Shown: positions 1-10,297 of the stretch, piece by piece | Numbering within the stretch: the first letter of the stretch is position 1 | Layout of the letters: each line of letters begins with the position of its first letter | DNA from: an uncultured delta proteobacterium | GTDB taxonomy: Bacteria; Desulfobacterota; Binatia; UBA9968 | Assembly: GCA_963804165.1 (NCBI GenBank) | Contig: CAWDPO010000043.1 | Location: 256,001-320,000 of the forward strand | Reading direction: 5' to 3' | Length of the DNA: 64,000 nucleotides | The notes under the pieces: model-generated | The model's input: only the letters and a program-made list of their open reading frames with translations | What the model was told of the DNA's origin: nothing | The model's database searches: none | Program-made: the position numbers and the translations under genes

Positions 1-288
1 CTTTTATGAAAACGACCCCCGTCGCCAACCATCATCGGCTTTGCGTCGCACGTAGAAACGCAGATTGATTTCTTCGAAATTTTGATGAAACGGAAGTGAC
101 AATCCCATCACCCGCGTGTTGAGAAAAAGAAACCCGACCATGCTGGCAAATGTCTTACCGCTCCAGGAATCCAATTCAGTGCCTTTCGGCACGAATGGCA
201 CCAGAACCGCCGGCTCGATCTCATAATTGAGCATGGCGAGATAGCGCCATTTAGCTGTGAGGAACGGTTTGCCGAAATTATCAGCCAT
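1..288 (-). CDS. DUF2071/YqjF-family protein, partial (runs off window start)
   Basis: FLTAKWRYLAMLNYEI...FEEINLRFYVRR...WRRG is typical of YqjF/DUF2071. The stop at 4-6 looks like a 1-nt slip in a G run; restoring a G gives WRRGVVFIK. Confidence 0.8.
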
Positions 289-311
289 GACCGTCGAGGA
301 CGATACCCGAA

Positions 312-665
312 CTATTTTTTAGCTCTGCTCCAACCGTGGCTCAGGACATTCACGACCAATGGAATGAGGAAGATGCCGATAAAATGTAGCGTTTTCAGTG
401 GCAGGTCGATCCAATAGAACTTGACTGTCAGCAGCACAAGAACAGCCGCGGACGACAATGTTACGCCGGTGGCAATAAACCTTTGCTCCCTGTCAAAGGT
501 CAAGAACAATTTGACAGTAACGAAGCCCAGGAAGAGTGTCAGGAGCAGCGAGCCTAAAATCGCCCGCGGGACACCGAACGGATTTTCGAAACTGAGCGCG
601 CCAACGGCAACGATAATCCAGACAACGACCTGAAACAGGAATTCCTTTACGTTGAGTGCAGACAT
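312..665 (-). CDS. Small hypothetical membrane protein (about 4 TM helices)
   Basis: 117-aa ORF with four hydrophobic stretches; visibly more AT-rich than its neighbours. Confidence 0.6.
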   Translation of the reverse strand: MSALNVKEFLFQVVVWIIVAVGALSFENPFGVPRAILGSLLLTLFLGFVTVKLFLTFDREQRFIATGVTLSSAAVLVLLTVKFYWIDLPLKTLHFIGIFLIPLVVNVLSHGWSRAKK

Positions 666-689
666 GAAATATTTGGGGATTAGCGGCCT

Positions 690-1031
690 TTAGACTTTTT
701 CATCTTCCGGAACTGAATCCGTTACCAAGTCCCGAATCAGCGGTCGCTTCGGTAACGGCTCTACCGTGATCAATTCCGGCGTCAGTTTGGCGATGCAGGT
801 GTACTCCACCTCGCCGTTAACCAGCGCCATGCAGGTTTTGCAGGCGTTGGCATTGATGCAGCTGTAGCGGATCGCCAGCGTGCTATCCAGGTTCGCGCGA
901 ATCCAACGCAACGCGTCGAGCACGGACATACCGTCTTCATAGGGCACGTCGAAGTCGTCGTAATAACGCTTCCCCTCCGGCATGCCGCGGCTGATGCGCA
1001 GACGCGCCGTTTTGTTCTTTCGCTCAACCAT
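690..1031 (-). CDS. Stand-alone 2Fe-2S protein resembling the SdhB/FrdB N-terminal domain
   Basis: MSVLDALRWIR..LDSTLAIRYSCINANACKTC...NG....TC...VEPL...PLIRDLV. It ends before the 4Fe-4S/3Fe-4S domain and overlaps the upstream stop. Confidence 0.85.
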   Translation of the reverse strand: MVERKNKTARLRISRGMPEGKRYYDDFDVPYEDGMSVLDALRWIRANLDSTLAIRYSCINANACKTCMALVNGEVEYTCIAKLTPELITVEPLPKRPLIRDLVTDSVPEDEKV

Positions 1032-2730
1032 GAATTGCTTGACTGCGATCGAGTCGGCTGGGGACGATCCATCGAGTTGCCATTTCGCCGTCTTTGATCT
1101 CCATCACCTGGTTTTTGAGGAAGCGATAATCCGCGATCGGAAAATCTTCTCTTTGATGAGCGCCGCGGCTCTCCGGTCGCGCTAACGCCGAACGGACGAC
1201 CGTCTCAGCGGTCGTGAGCATCGCGCGTAGCTCGAACCAGTCGTGCAAGTCCGGATTGAAGCGATGTTCGCTGCCGACTTTACACTCCGTCAACTCTTTC
1301 TTCTGCATCTCTTCGATCCGTGACAACGCCGCCGTCAGTTTATCGCCGGTCCGAAACGGCCCGGCTTGCTCCCACATCAGCTTCTGCAGTTCAACTTGCA
1401 GCGCAATCGGCGCCATACCGTTTTCTGCGGACATTTCGCGGAGTGATTTCAAACACTCGATCGTTTCGTCGGCAAATTTCTCGTCCCAATCGGCGCGCGC
1501 TCGCCGCGCCGCGTCGGCGGCATTCGTACCCGCGCGCTCGCCGAAGACGAACGCTTCGGTGATCGCGTTGCCGGACAGCCGATTCGCCCCGTTGGAACCG
1601 CCGACCGCTTCGCCGGCGGCGTACAATCCATCGACCCGAGTTTTCATATTCACGTCGACGCGAATTCCGCCCATGTGATAGTGCGCCATCGGACCGACTT
1701 CCACGGGCGTTTTCGTGAGATCGATGCCGTTGACAAGCAAGCGGTCGATCACGGGTCCAAAGGCGGCGCGAAGATGCGCTTCAGGAATGTGGCGGAAGTC
1801 GAGATAAGCCCCGCCATGCGGCGTGCCTCGGCCGGCTTCGACTTCTTTCAGGATCGCATATGCGGCGACGTCGCGGGTGGCATTGTATTGACCGAAATCC
1901 GTGCTGCCATAGCGGTCGATGAACTCTTCGAATTGTCCGTTGAGCAGTTTGCCGCCGAGCTTGTAGCGAAACGGGTCCCACATGATCGGATCCATGCCGA
2001 CGAGCCGTGGCGCGAGATGGCCGATGGGGAAAAATTGTACGAACTCCATGTCGACGAGCTCCGCGCCAGCCCACAACGCCAGCGCGTACGCTTCGCCGCC
2101 CATATTCGCCGAAGCGCTGTTACGCTCAAAAAGTTTCGTCAGCCCGCCCGCGGCGAGAACCACGGATTTGGCATGAATCGCAATCAACTCGCCATCGACG
2201 AGATCGAGCACAACCGCGCCGATCGCACTCCCATCGCGCACGATAATTTCAACCGCCGCAAGATTGCTGATGCGTCGAATAGCCGAAGACTCGCTCACCT
2301 TGCGTCTAAGAGTGGCGGCGACGGCGGGGCCGGTATTGAGAAAGTCGACGTAACAGCAGCGCTTGACGCTGTGGCCCGGTGCCATTTCTTGTTTGATGCG
2401 GTCGTTTTCCCGCGCCCAACGCGTGCCCCACTGCTCCATCTCGCGGATGCGTTTCGGCGCTTCCACGCATACGAGCGCGGCCAGCTCTTCGTTGCACAGA
2501 CCGCGTCCAGCCTTCAGGGTGTCTTCGAGATGCAGTTCGACGGAGTCCGGCTCCTGTTCGCCCAGAGCCACGGCGACGGTCATCTGCGCCATGATCGTCG
2601 CCCCACCGCGGCCGACCTGGCCTTTGTCGAGGAGCAGCACCGACGCGCCGTGTTGCGCTGCGGCGATCGCCGCGTACATGCCGGCGCCGCCGGCGCCGAT
2701 CACCAGCACATCTGTGGAGAGATGGGGCAT
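1024..2730 (-). CDS. SdhA/FrdA/NadB-family FAD flavoprotein (divergent)
   Basis: DVLVIGAGGAG FAD motif, ATRD, AHYHMGGI, GANRLSGNA and C-terminal ESRGAHQREDFP. Confidence 0.9.
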   Translation of the reverse strand: MPHLSTDVLVIGAGGAGMYAAIAAAQHGASVLLLDKGQVGRGGATIMAQMTVAVALGEQEPDSVELHLEDTLKAGRGLCNEELAALVCVEAPKRIREMEQWGTRWARENDRIKQEMAPGHSVKRCCYVDFLNTGPAVAATLRRKVSESSAIRRISNLAAVEIIVRDGSAIGAVVLDLVDGELIAIHAKSVVLAAGGLTKLFERNSASANMGGEAYALALWAGAELVDMEFVQFFPIGHLAPRLVGMDPIMWDPFRYKLGGKLLNGQFEEFIDRYGSTDFGQYNATRDVAAYAILKEVEAGRGTPHGGAYLDFRHIPEAHLRAAFGPVIDRLLVNGIDLTKTPVEVGPMAHYHMGGIRVDVNMKTRVDGLYAAGEAVGGSNGANRLSGNAITEAFVFGERAGTNAADAARRARADWDEKFADETIECLKSLREMSAENGMAPIALQVELQKLMWEQAGPFRTGDKLTAALSRIEEMQKKELTECKVGSEHRFNPDLHDWFELRAMLTTAETVVRSALARPESRGAHQREDFPIADYRFLKNQVMEIKDGEMATRWIVPSRLDRSQAIHG

Positions 2731-2769
2731 AGCGGATTCGTTACCCCGTGGATAATGTGAAAGTTCCGC

Positions 2770-3507
2770 TCAGTCCGCTGCGGGTTGCTCGCCGCTCTTC
2801 TGCAATTCGCCGAGAGCTCGCTTCGCGGCTTCCTGTTCGGATTGTTTTTTGCTCTTGCCCTCGCCGATTCCCAAGACTCTGCCGCCGACAGCGATCTCGG
2901 TGACGAATCGCTTCTCGTGATCCGGTCCGGTCTCGGCAACGATACGATAAACGGGCGGAGCGTGAAACAGCATCTGGCTGATTTCCTGAAGTCTCGTCTT
3001 GTAGTCGTGTTGACCGAGCTTCTTCGCCGATACATCGTCGACGAAAAATCGCTGCACCACCGCGCGGGCAGCTTCATAACCGCCATCCTGATAGACGCCG
3101 CCCAGGATCGCCTCGAAGGCGCCGGCGAGGATCGAGGGTTTGCTGCGGCCACCGCTCCATTCCTCGCCTTTGCCGATGCGCAACAACGGACCAAAATTGA
3201 GCATTGCCGCTTTTTCCGCGAGCACGGCAGAGTTCACCAGTGCCGCGCGCATTTTTGACAGAACGCCTTCGCTCTTATCAGGATTGCCCCGAATCAATAA
3301 ATCGCTCACCGCCAGATCGAGCACCGCGTCGCCGAGGAATTCCAACACTTCGTTGTGCCCCTCGCTCTTTTTTCGTTCGTAGGAGACATGGGTCAGGCAG
3401 CGCAGCAATAACACGGGATCCTTAAAGTGATATCCCAGCTCTTTTTGCAAAACACCGAGTTGAGTTTCGTTCTTCAATCCAAGCCTATTGTGAAACTTTG
3501 GCGGCAA
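2770..3507 (-). CDS. rnc: Ribonuclease III
   Basis: HNEVLEFLGDAVLDL signature; C-terminal dsRBD DYKTRLQE...GPDHEKRF...GKSKKQSEQEAA. The start may be slightly downstream. Confidence 0.97.
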   Translation of the reverse strand: MPPKFHNRLGLKNETQLGVLQKELGYHFKDPVLLLRCLTHVSYERKKSEGHNEVLEFLGDAVLDLAVSDLLIRGNPDKSEGVLSKMRAALVNSAVLAEKAAMLNFGPLLRIGKGEEWSGGRSKPSILAGAFEAILGGVYQDGGYEAARAVVQRFFVDDVSAKKLGQHDYKTRLQEISQMLFHAPPVYRIVAETGPDHEKRFVTEIAVGGRVLGIGEGKSKKQSEQEAAKRALGELQKSGEQPAAD

Positions 3508-4834
3508 GTGCGGCGTGCACGGGAATATCGGAACCCATCTCGCAAATTGTTCCCGTCAGCCAGCCGTTGCTGAGTCCATCGAGTTCGACGCTCACTTCCC
3601 GATTTGATAAATCGCCTCCCGCCGGCAAAATAACCGGTAGATAATTTCGGCTGAAGCCGCGCCGAAACCCCGTCGAGCCATCGACTTGTTCTTCGACCAA
3701 CACCGAAACTCGACGGCCGAGAAAACTCGAACAAAAGTCAAGTTTCTTGCGCGCGCCTAATTGGCGCATGCGCCGCGCGCGCGCTTTTTTTACCGCTCCG
3801 GGCACATGATTTGCCAGGGACGCCGCGGCCGTTCCGCGGCGCGACGAGTAAGGAAAAACGTGAAAATAAGTGAGCGGCAATGATTCGAAAAAATTGACGG
3901 AGCTTTCGAACTGAGCATCGCTCTCGCCCGGAAACCCAACGATGATATCGCTGCCCAGAGCGGCCTCGGGCAAACGCTCACGTACCCGCGCCAGCAGGTC
4001 GCGATAGTAGTTTGTGTCATAGTTGCGCCGCATTTGTTTAAGAATCTCGTCGTCGCCGGCCTGCGCGCAGATATGCAAATGGGGACAAACAACCTCTGAG
4101 CCGCCGATTAAGTTTAGCAATCGGTCCGGCACCTCGCGCGGATCCAGGGAGCTCAATCGCAGCCGGGAGATCAGTCCGCTATCGGCGATCATTTCGACGA
4201 GAGCCGTAAGATCGATCCTCGGATGCAAATCTTGGCCGTAACCGCCGAGATGAATGCCGGTAAGAACGATTTCTTTGTATCCATTGCCGGCCAACTGGCG
4301 CACCTGATCCATCACCTCGCGCGGTGGCACGCTACGGCTTATCCCGCGCGCCGTCGGAATGATGCAATAGGTGCAGGAATAATTACAGCCCTCCTGAATT
4401 TTTAGAAATGCCCGCGTGTGGCCCGGCAACGCTCGAGTGCCGAGCATGGGCACGCCGCGCTCCCGCTTCACGTCGCTGACGGCAATCTGTGCCGCGCCCG
4501 CCGGAGCAGTCTCCACGAAGCGAAGTAAATCATCCAGCCGGTTCAGACCGACAACGTAGTCGACGCCGGGAACTTCGGCGACCTCCCGCGAATTCACTTG
4601 CGCATAGCAGCCTGTAACGAGTACTTTCGCCGCGGGATTTCGGCGTTTCGCCCGACGCACGAGCTGGCGCGCTTCCCAGTCCGCTCTGTCAGTCACGGTG
4701 CAGGTATTGATCAGGTAGCAATCCGCAAACTCATCGAACGGTACGAACAAATGCTTCTCTTCCAAACGATTTTGAATCACCGCGGAATCGTATTGGTTGA
4801 TCTTGCAGCCGAGTGTTGTGATGGCGATACGCAT
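3485..4834 (-). CDS. mtaB: tRNA t6A37 methylthiotransferase MtaB
   Basis: TLGCKINQYDS, INTCTVT, radical SAM motif KIQEGCNYSCTYCIIP, HVFPYSSRRGT. Confidence 0.95.
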   Translation of the reverse strand: MRIAITTLGCKINQYDSAVIQNRLEEKHLFVPFDEFADCYLINTCTVTDRADWEARQLVRRAKRRNPAAKVLVTGCYAQVNSREVAEVPGVDYVVGLNRLDDLLRFVETAPAGAAQIAVSDVKRERGVPMLGTRALPGHTRAFLKIQEGCNYSCTYCIIPTARGISRSVPPREVMDQVRQLAGNGYKEIVLTGIHLGGYGQDLHPRIDLTALVEMIADSGLISRLRLSSLDPREVPDRLLNLIGGSEVVCPHLHICAQAGDDEILKQMRRNYDTNYYRDLLARVRERLPEAALGSDIIVGFPGESDAQFESSVNFFESLPLTYFHVFPYSSRRGTAAASLANHVPGAVKKARARRMRQLGARKKLDFCSSFLGRRVSVLVEEQVDGSTGFRRGFSRNYLPVILPAGGDLSNREVSVELDGLSNGWLTGTICEMGSDIPVHAALAAKVSQ

Positions 4835-4851
4835 GCCTTCGCTTGGCTCAG

Positions 4852-4925
4852 AATTTCAAATTTCAGGTTCCAGATCGCTAAGGTTTCAGTATCCGAGATT
4901 TGGAATGTGAAATCTCGAATTTTGT
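4852..4925. repeat. Degenerate 7-mer palindromic intergenic repeat (ATTTCAA / TTGGAAT type)
   Basis: aatttcaaatttcaggttccagat ... gagatttggaatgtgaaatctcgaattt form inverted arms between mnmA and mtaB. Confidence 0.6.
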
Positions 4926-4941
4926 AATTGCGCGCGCTGCT

Positions 4942-6012
4942 CTAGGAGTGCAGCGCGCACTCGATCCATCCTCCGCCGAGCAATTGATCACCGCGATAAA
5001 ATACCGCCGCTTGTCCCGGCGTCACTGCCATAGCAGGCGCTTCGAATCGAACCTCGCAGTCGTTGGCACCGCTCGGTCGAATGCGGCAGGGAATGGCAGT
5101 AGAACGATAGCGAATCTGCACTTCGGCCTCGATGTCCGTATCCATTGGCGCCTCGATCCAGTTCACCGAACGTGCGAGCAATCCGGCGCAGCTCAGTTCG
5201 TGCTTCTTACCGACCACGACGCGCTTTGACTCGTCATCGATCTCCACGACATAGAGCGGTTCGTTCGCCGCTATCCCCAAACCTCGGCGCTGCCCAACCG
5301 TAAGCGTATGAACGCCGCCGTGCCGGCCGAGTAGTTTGCCCGACCGATCGACCACGTCACCCCCGTCAAGCTCACTTTCCTTGGCATAAGCCGCCACCAG
5401 CTCCTTGTAGTCGCCGAAGCAAATATCCTGGCTCTCCGGCCGCTCAGCCGCGGGCAAATTCAACGCACGCGCCTTTTCGCGCACTTGTGTCTTTTGCATG
5501 TCGCCGAGCGGAAAAACAGTGTGCGCGAGCTGATCTTGTGATAGCGCGAATAAAAAATAAGACTGATCCTTGCCACGGTCGGCGCCGCGCAGCAACGACG
5601 TGCATCGGGATAGATCGTCGCGCACCACTCTCGCGTAATGTCCGGTGGCGACACAATCAGCGCCCTGCTCCTTGGCCCATCGAAGCAGCGTGCCCAGCTT
5701 GAAGTCTCGGTTGCAGGCCACGCACGGGTTGGGCGTGCGGCCGTGGAGATAATCCCGAGCAAACGGTTTTACCACCGTCTCGGCAAACTGTCCGCGCAGA
5801 TCAAGCAGTGTGTGCGGAATGCCAAGATGCTCGGCGACTTCCTTGGCGCCGCGGTGATCCGAACATACCCGCGGCCCCTGCTCTCCTTCCCACATGCGCA
5901 GAGAAACGCCCAGCACATCGTAGCCCTGCTCAACGAGCAACGCCGCCGTCACCGAGCTATCGACGCCGCCGCTCATGGCGACGACGACCTTATGCTTTTG
6001 CGCATTCATCAA
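4942..6012 (-). CDS. mnmA: tRNA 2-thiouridylase MnmA
   Basis: AMSGGVDSS, TPNPCVACN, ATGHYAR, KDQSYFL, ESQDICF, TVGQRRGLG, VTPGQAAVFY. Confidence 0.97.
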   Translation of the reverse strand: MMNAQKHKVVVAMSGGVDSSVTAALLVEQGYDVLGVSLRMWEGEQGPRVCSDHRGAKEVAEHLGIPHTLLDLRGQFAETVVKPFARDYLHGRTPNPCVACNRDFKLGTLLRWAKEQGADCVATGHYARVVRDDLSRCTSLLRGADRGKDQSYFLFALSQDQLAHTVFPLGDMQKTQVREKARALNLPAAERPESQDICFGDYKELVAAYAKESELDGGDVVDRSGKLLGRHGGVHTLTVGQRRGLGIAANEPLYVVEIDDESKRVVVGKKHELSCAGLLARSVNWIEAPMDTDIEAEVQIRYRSTAIPCRIRPSGANDCEVRFEAPAMAVTPGQAAVFYRGDQLLGGGWIECALHS

Positions 6013-6016
6013 ACGA

Positions 6017-6050
6017 TTGGAACTTTTGGAACCGCTGGAACGATTGGAAC
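6017..6050. repeat. 9-nt-period TGGAAC tandem repeat
   Basis: ttggaac ttttggaac cgctggaac gattggaac. Confidence 0.7.
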
Positions 6051-6072
6051 ATCCTTCCGACTAATGCCTTCT

Positions 6073-6807
6073 TCAGCTTCCGGTATTTTTCAACAGCTCT
6101 TTAATCTTGTTGAGCTCTTCGCTTTCCTCGGCGGTTTTTTCTTCCAGTCCGCCTTGCCGATCAGTCAACTCGTCGACGCGCTTTTCCAATTTTTCGATAT
6201 AGTCGGCTAGCCCACCGATCGCTTTGGCGACAAGGTCGGGCAGATCCGCTGAGTTAAGATCGATGATCGCCGTGCCTGCCTCGGTGTGTCTTGCCTCCGC
6301 CCTCACGATCCTCCCGGGGATGCCGACCACCGTCGAATGCGCCGGCACCGAGGTCACCAGCACCGAACCGGCGCCCACGCGGCTATGGCGGCCAACCGTC
6401 ACCGGTCCAAGTACCGCTGCGCCGCTGAAGATCGTCACCGAATCCTCGATCGTCGGGTGGCGTTTGATCGGCTTCGTCGAGGTGCCGCCGAGTGTAACTC
6501 CCTGGTAGAGCGTCACGTCGTCGCCAATCTCGCTCGTCTCGCCGATCACCACGCCCATGCCGTGATCGATAAAAAAGCGCCGGCCGATTTTCGCTCCGGG
6601 ATGAATCTCTATCCCGGTGAGAAAGCGGCCAACATGGCTTATGAAGCGCGCGAGAGTGGTGAGATTCCGTTGCCAGAGCCAATGCGCCAGCCGGTGCAGC
6701 AAGACCGCATGAAAACCGGGATAGGCGAGCGCGATCTCCCACCTGGAGCGCAAGGCCGGGTCGCGCTGGGAAATGACCTGGATATCTTCTTTAATTCTTT
6801 CCCACAT
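6073..6807 (-). CDS. cysE: Serine O-acetyltransferase
   Basis: [39 protein letters not shown]....KRHPT hexapeptide repeats. Confidence 0.96.
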   Translation of the reverse strand: MWERIKEDIQVISQRDPALRSRWEIALAYPGFHAVLLHRLAHWLWQRNLTTLARFISHVGRFLTGIEIHPGAKIGRRFFIDHGMGVVIGETSEIGDDVTLYQGVTLGGTSTKPIKRHPTIEDSVTIFSGAAVLGPVTVGRHSRVGAGSVLVTSVPAHSTVVGIPGRIVRAEARHTEAGTAIIDLNSADLPDLVAKAIGGLADYIEKLEKRVDELTDRQGGLEEKTAEESEELNKIKELLKNTGS

Positions 6808-6826
6808 GACCGAAGACCCGGGGAGT

Positions 6827-6905
6827 TGGAGTGGTGGAGTATTGGAGTAATGGGTCGAAATGCCAAGCCCAATACCCCATCACTCCACCACTCCATTACT
6901 CCAGT
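6827..6905. repeat. Palindromic GGAGTRNT 8-mer repeat element
   Basis: ggagtggtggagtattggagtaatggg ... cccatcactccaccactccattactcca. Same family at 55412-55442 and 56444-56531. Confidence 0.85.
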
Positions 6906-6908
6906 GCC

Positions 6909-8489
6909 TCAATTCGCTCGATGCCTTGCGTCCTTATAAAGTTTGTAGTCGATGCTGTCGACCAACGCCTGCCAACTCGCTTCGATCACATTGTGCGACA
7001 CTCCCACCGTGCCCCAACGCTCTTTACCGTCGCCGGACTCGATCAAGACGCGGACGATCGCGCCGGTGCCCTCTCCCGAAGAGAGCACGCGGACCTTGTA
7101 ATCTAACAGCTCCACTTGATCGAGCGACGGATAGAACTTGGTGAGCGCGCGGCGCAGCGCCTGATCGAGGGCATTGACCGGGCCGTTGCCCATCGCCGCA
7201 GCGTGTTCCATCACGCCATCCACTCGCACCATGATCGTCGCTTCGGAGATCGGCGCCTCGCCCTCGTTGCGCTTTTCGTCGATCACCCGAAAGCCGACCA
7301 GGTTGAAATTCTTTTTTTTCCTGCCGAGCGCTTCCTGGATCAAAAGCTCGAACGAAGCCTCCGCGGCTTGGAACTCGTATCCCTGGCCTTCCAGCTCTTT
7401 GGTGCGCCGCAGAATATCCCTGACGGCGTCGCCTTTGTCTTTGAGGTCGATGCCGTACTCTTTGCCTTTGTAAACGACGTTGCTCCTGCCCGATAAATCC
7501 GAAACGAGGACCCGCTGGCGATTGCCGACAAGTTCCGGATCGATGTGCTCGTAGGTCTCGCGGTTCTTGAGCACGCCCGAAACATGCAGCCCTCCCTTAT
7601 GCGCGAATGCGCTGTCGCCGACATACGCTTGGCGCTTGTTCGGTTGAATATTTGCCAGCTCGTAGAAAAGCTGCGAGACTTCGCGGAGCTTTTTGAGCTG
7701 CGCCGGTGTCACGCATTTCTTGGCCATTTTCAATTGCAAATTGGCAATCACGGAAATCAAGTTCACGTTGCCGCAGCGCTCGCCGAAGCCGTTGATCGTT
7801 CCCTGAACTTGGGTCGCGCCCATTTCCACCGCGGCGAGCGTGTTGGCGACAGCCAATTCGCCGTCGTTGTGGCAGTGTATGCCCAGAGGCGTCTTGATGA
7901 CTCGATTGACGTGCGCGAGCGCTTCGCGAATGTCGCCCGGCAGCCGCCCGCCGTTGGTTTCGCAAAGCACGACCCAATCCGCGCCGCCGTCCTGCGCCGC
8001 TTTGAGGCACTCTACGGCATAGTCGGGATTGGCGCGAAAGCCGTCGAAAAAATGCTCGGCGTCGAAAATGACTTCATCGACCCGTTTCTTCATGAAAGCG
8101 ATGGAGTCGGCGATGACGTCCAGATTTGCCTTCTGGCTGATGCGCAAATCGTCGCGCACATGCATATCCCAAGTCTTGCCCACCAGCGTGACCACCGAAG
8201 TGTCGGCGCCAAGCAGCGCCTTGAGATTGGTATCCTGCGACGGCTTGACGCCGAATTTTCTTGTCGTGCCGAAGGCGGCGATCCTGGCGTTTTTGAGCTT
8301 GAGTTTTTCAACTTCCTTGAAAAAATCCGCGTCGCGCTCATTGGAGCCCGGATAGCCGCCCTCGATGTAGTCGATACCCATCTCGTCCAGCTTCGCGGCG
8401 ATGCGAAGCTTATCCTCCAGCGTAAATGAGACATCCTCCGCCTGGCAACCGTCCCTGAGCGTCGTGTCGTAGAGTAAAACGTCCTTCAT
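6909..8489 (-). CDS. cimA: Citramalate synthase
   Basis: YDTTLRDGCQAE, DAEHFFDG, HCHNDGELAVAN, NGFGERCGN, AFAHKGGLH, GNGPVNALD, WGTVGVSHNVIEASWQAL. Confidence 0.95.
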   Translation of the reverse strand: MKDVLLYDTTLRDGCQAEDVSFTLEDKLRIAAKLDEMGIDYIEGGYPGSNERDADFFKEVEKLKLKNARIAAFGTTRKFGVKPSQDTNLKALLGADTSVVTLVGKTWDMHVRDDLRISQKANLDVIADSIAFMKKRVDEVIFDAEHFFDGFRANPDYAVECLKAAQDGGADWVVLCETNGGRLPGDIREALAHVNRVIKTPLGIHCHNDGELAVANTLAAVEMGATQVQGTINGFGERCGNVNLISVIANLQLKMAKKCVTPAQLKKLREVSQLFYELANIQPNKRQAYVGDSAFAHKGGLHVSGVLKNRETYEHIDPELVGNRQRVLVSDLSGRSNVVYKGKEYGIDLKDKGDAVRDILRRTKELEGQGYEFQAAEASFELLIQEALGRKKKNFNLVGFRVIDEKRNEGEAPISEATIMVRVDGVMEHAAAMGNGPVNALDQALRRALTKFYPSLDQVELLDYKVRVLSSGEGTGAIVRVLIESGDGKERWGTVGVSHNVIEASWQALVDSIDYKLYKDARHRAN

Positions 8490-9710
8490 GCTGTTCCCTG
8501 CTTCCCGATAAACGCCTCGTGCAGCACCCTCACTGCGAGTTCCGTATACTTAGCATCGATCACCACCGAGATTTTAATCTCTGAGGTCGATATCATCTCG
8601 ATGTTAATTCCTTCGGCGGCCAATACCTGGAACATCTTAGCCGCGACTCCGGCGTGCGTGCGCATGCCCACGCCGACCACGGAAACTTTGGCGATATCGG
8701 TGTCGACTTTGATGCCTTTGGCATGCACAGCCGGCAAAGTCTTTTCCATAATGCTAAGCGCCTTTTTGTGATCAGCCTTAGGTACGGTAAAAGTCAAATC
8801 CGTGGTGCCGTCTTCGCTGGCATTTTGTATGATCATATCAACGACGATGTGAGCGTCCGCTATCGGCCCGAAAATCTGCGCCGCCAGGCCCGGCTGATCG
8901 GGGACGCGGACCAAGGTAATCTTGGCTTCATTCTTCTCTGAGGCCACGCCCGACACTAACACGTCGTTCATACTCGCCTCCTCGTTAACCAACCACGTTC
9001 CGTCGACATCCGAAAACGTCGAGCGGACGTGCACCGGCACGGAATAATTCTTGGCAAACTCCACCGCGCGGATTTCCAGAACTTTGGCGCCGGTGCTCGC
9101 CAGCTCGATCATCTCGTCGTAAGAAATACGCGCGAGCTTTCTCGCCTGTGGGACAAATCCCCGGATCCGCCGTAAAAACCCCGTCGACGTCGGTGTAAAT
9201 CTCGCACGCTTCGGCATTGAGAAACGCCGCCAACGCCACCGCGCTGGTGTCCGATCCGCCGCGTCCAAGGGTCGTGATATTATCGTCTTCGTCCACCCCC
9301 TGAAAGCCCGCGACGACCACGACATCGCCGGCTTTCATCGCCTGCACAATCTTGCTCGAATCGATGCTCAAAATTCGCGCCTTGCCGTAAGCGTTGTCGG
9401 TCTCGATTCGCACTTGATGTCCTAAATAGGAGCGCGCCGCCTGGCCGAGCTCTTTGAGCGCAAGAGTCAACAACGCCACGGAAACTTGCTCGCCCGACGC
9501 CAGCAGCACGTCTTTTTCACGCTCATCGGGCGTTTCGGCAATCTCATGGGCAAGCCCCAGCAAACGATTGGTCTCTCCCGCCATGGCGGAAACAACGACA
9601 ACCACATCGTGCCCCACCCGCTTCGCGCGGACGACTTTTGCCGCCACCTGCTTGATGCGCTCAATCGAACCGACCGATGTCCCGCCGTATTTCTGAACCA
9701 GTAACGACAC
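8486..9710 (-). CDS. lysC: Aspartate kinase (split by one frameshift near 9150)
   Basis: [26 protein letters not shown] and [13 protein letters not shown] in ORF 8985-9710; two ACT domains ([18 protein letters not shown]) in ORF 8486-9325. Removing one base of the 9150-9152 run restores DPxICPQARKL. Confidence 0.95.
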
Positions 9711-9714
9711 TCGC

Positions 9715-10251
9715 CTAATCCCCTGTGCCTGAAGCCCGCCGTTGAACCTTTGAACTTTTGAACTTTTGAACGCCCGATTTCTTAATCATCTGTTCGACAA
9801 TATTCTCATATCGCTCGCCATGAGCGATGAATGTTATCTCCCGTCTCGATCCGCCGGCATGAGCGAGCCGCAATTCGAGGTGCTCGCCAACCTCATCCGA
9901 CGGCAGATACTCGAACCATTCGATCAGACTCACACCATCCGCGTACAGATACTCCCGAAGATTTAGCGACTCGATCTCGTCCAGCGTACCCACCCGGTAA
10001 AGATCGATGTGATACACCGGCAAGCGGCCTTGGTACTCATTGATCAAGGTAAACGTCGGACTGCGCACCCAAGCCGTTTTACTAACTTTGATCCCGTCGC
10101 AGAAACCACGCACAAGACAGGTTTTCCCCGTCCCCAATTCACCCGTCAAGCCGACAATCTCACCGCCTTGAACCAGCTTTGCCAATTTCCGGCCCAGGCT
10201 TATGGTCATGCGGACGGAAGTCGAGATTACAGTCCACGAACCCATCGCCAT
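9715..10251 (-). CDS. tsaE: tRNA t6A biosynthesis ATPase TsaE
   Basis: [31 protein letters not shown]. The C-terminal tail is encoded by a GTTCAAAA repeat. Confidence 0.95.
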   Translation of the reverse strand: MAMGSWTVISTSVRMTISLGRKLAKLVQGGEIVGLTGELGTGKTCLVRGFCDGIKVSKTAWVRSPTFTLINEYQGRLPVYHIDLYRVGTLDEIESLNLREYLYADGVSLIEWFEYLPSDEVGEHLELRLAHAGGSRREITFIAHGERYENIVEQMIKKSGVQKFKSSKVQRRASGTGD

Positions 10252-10297
10252 CGGAGCCCCCAGGTATAACTAGTATAATTTTAAGGCGAATTCGAGC

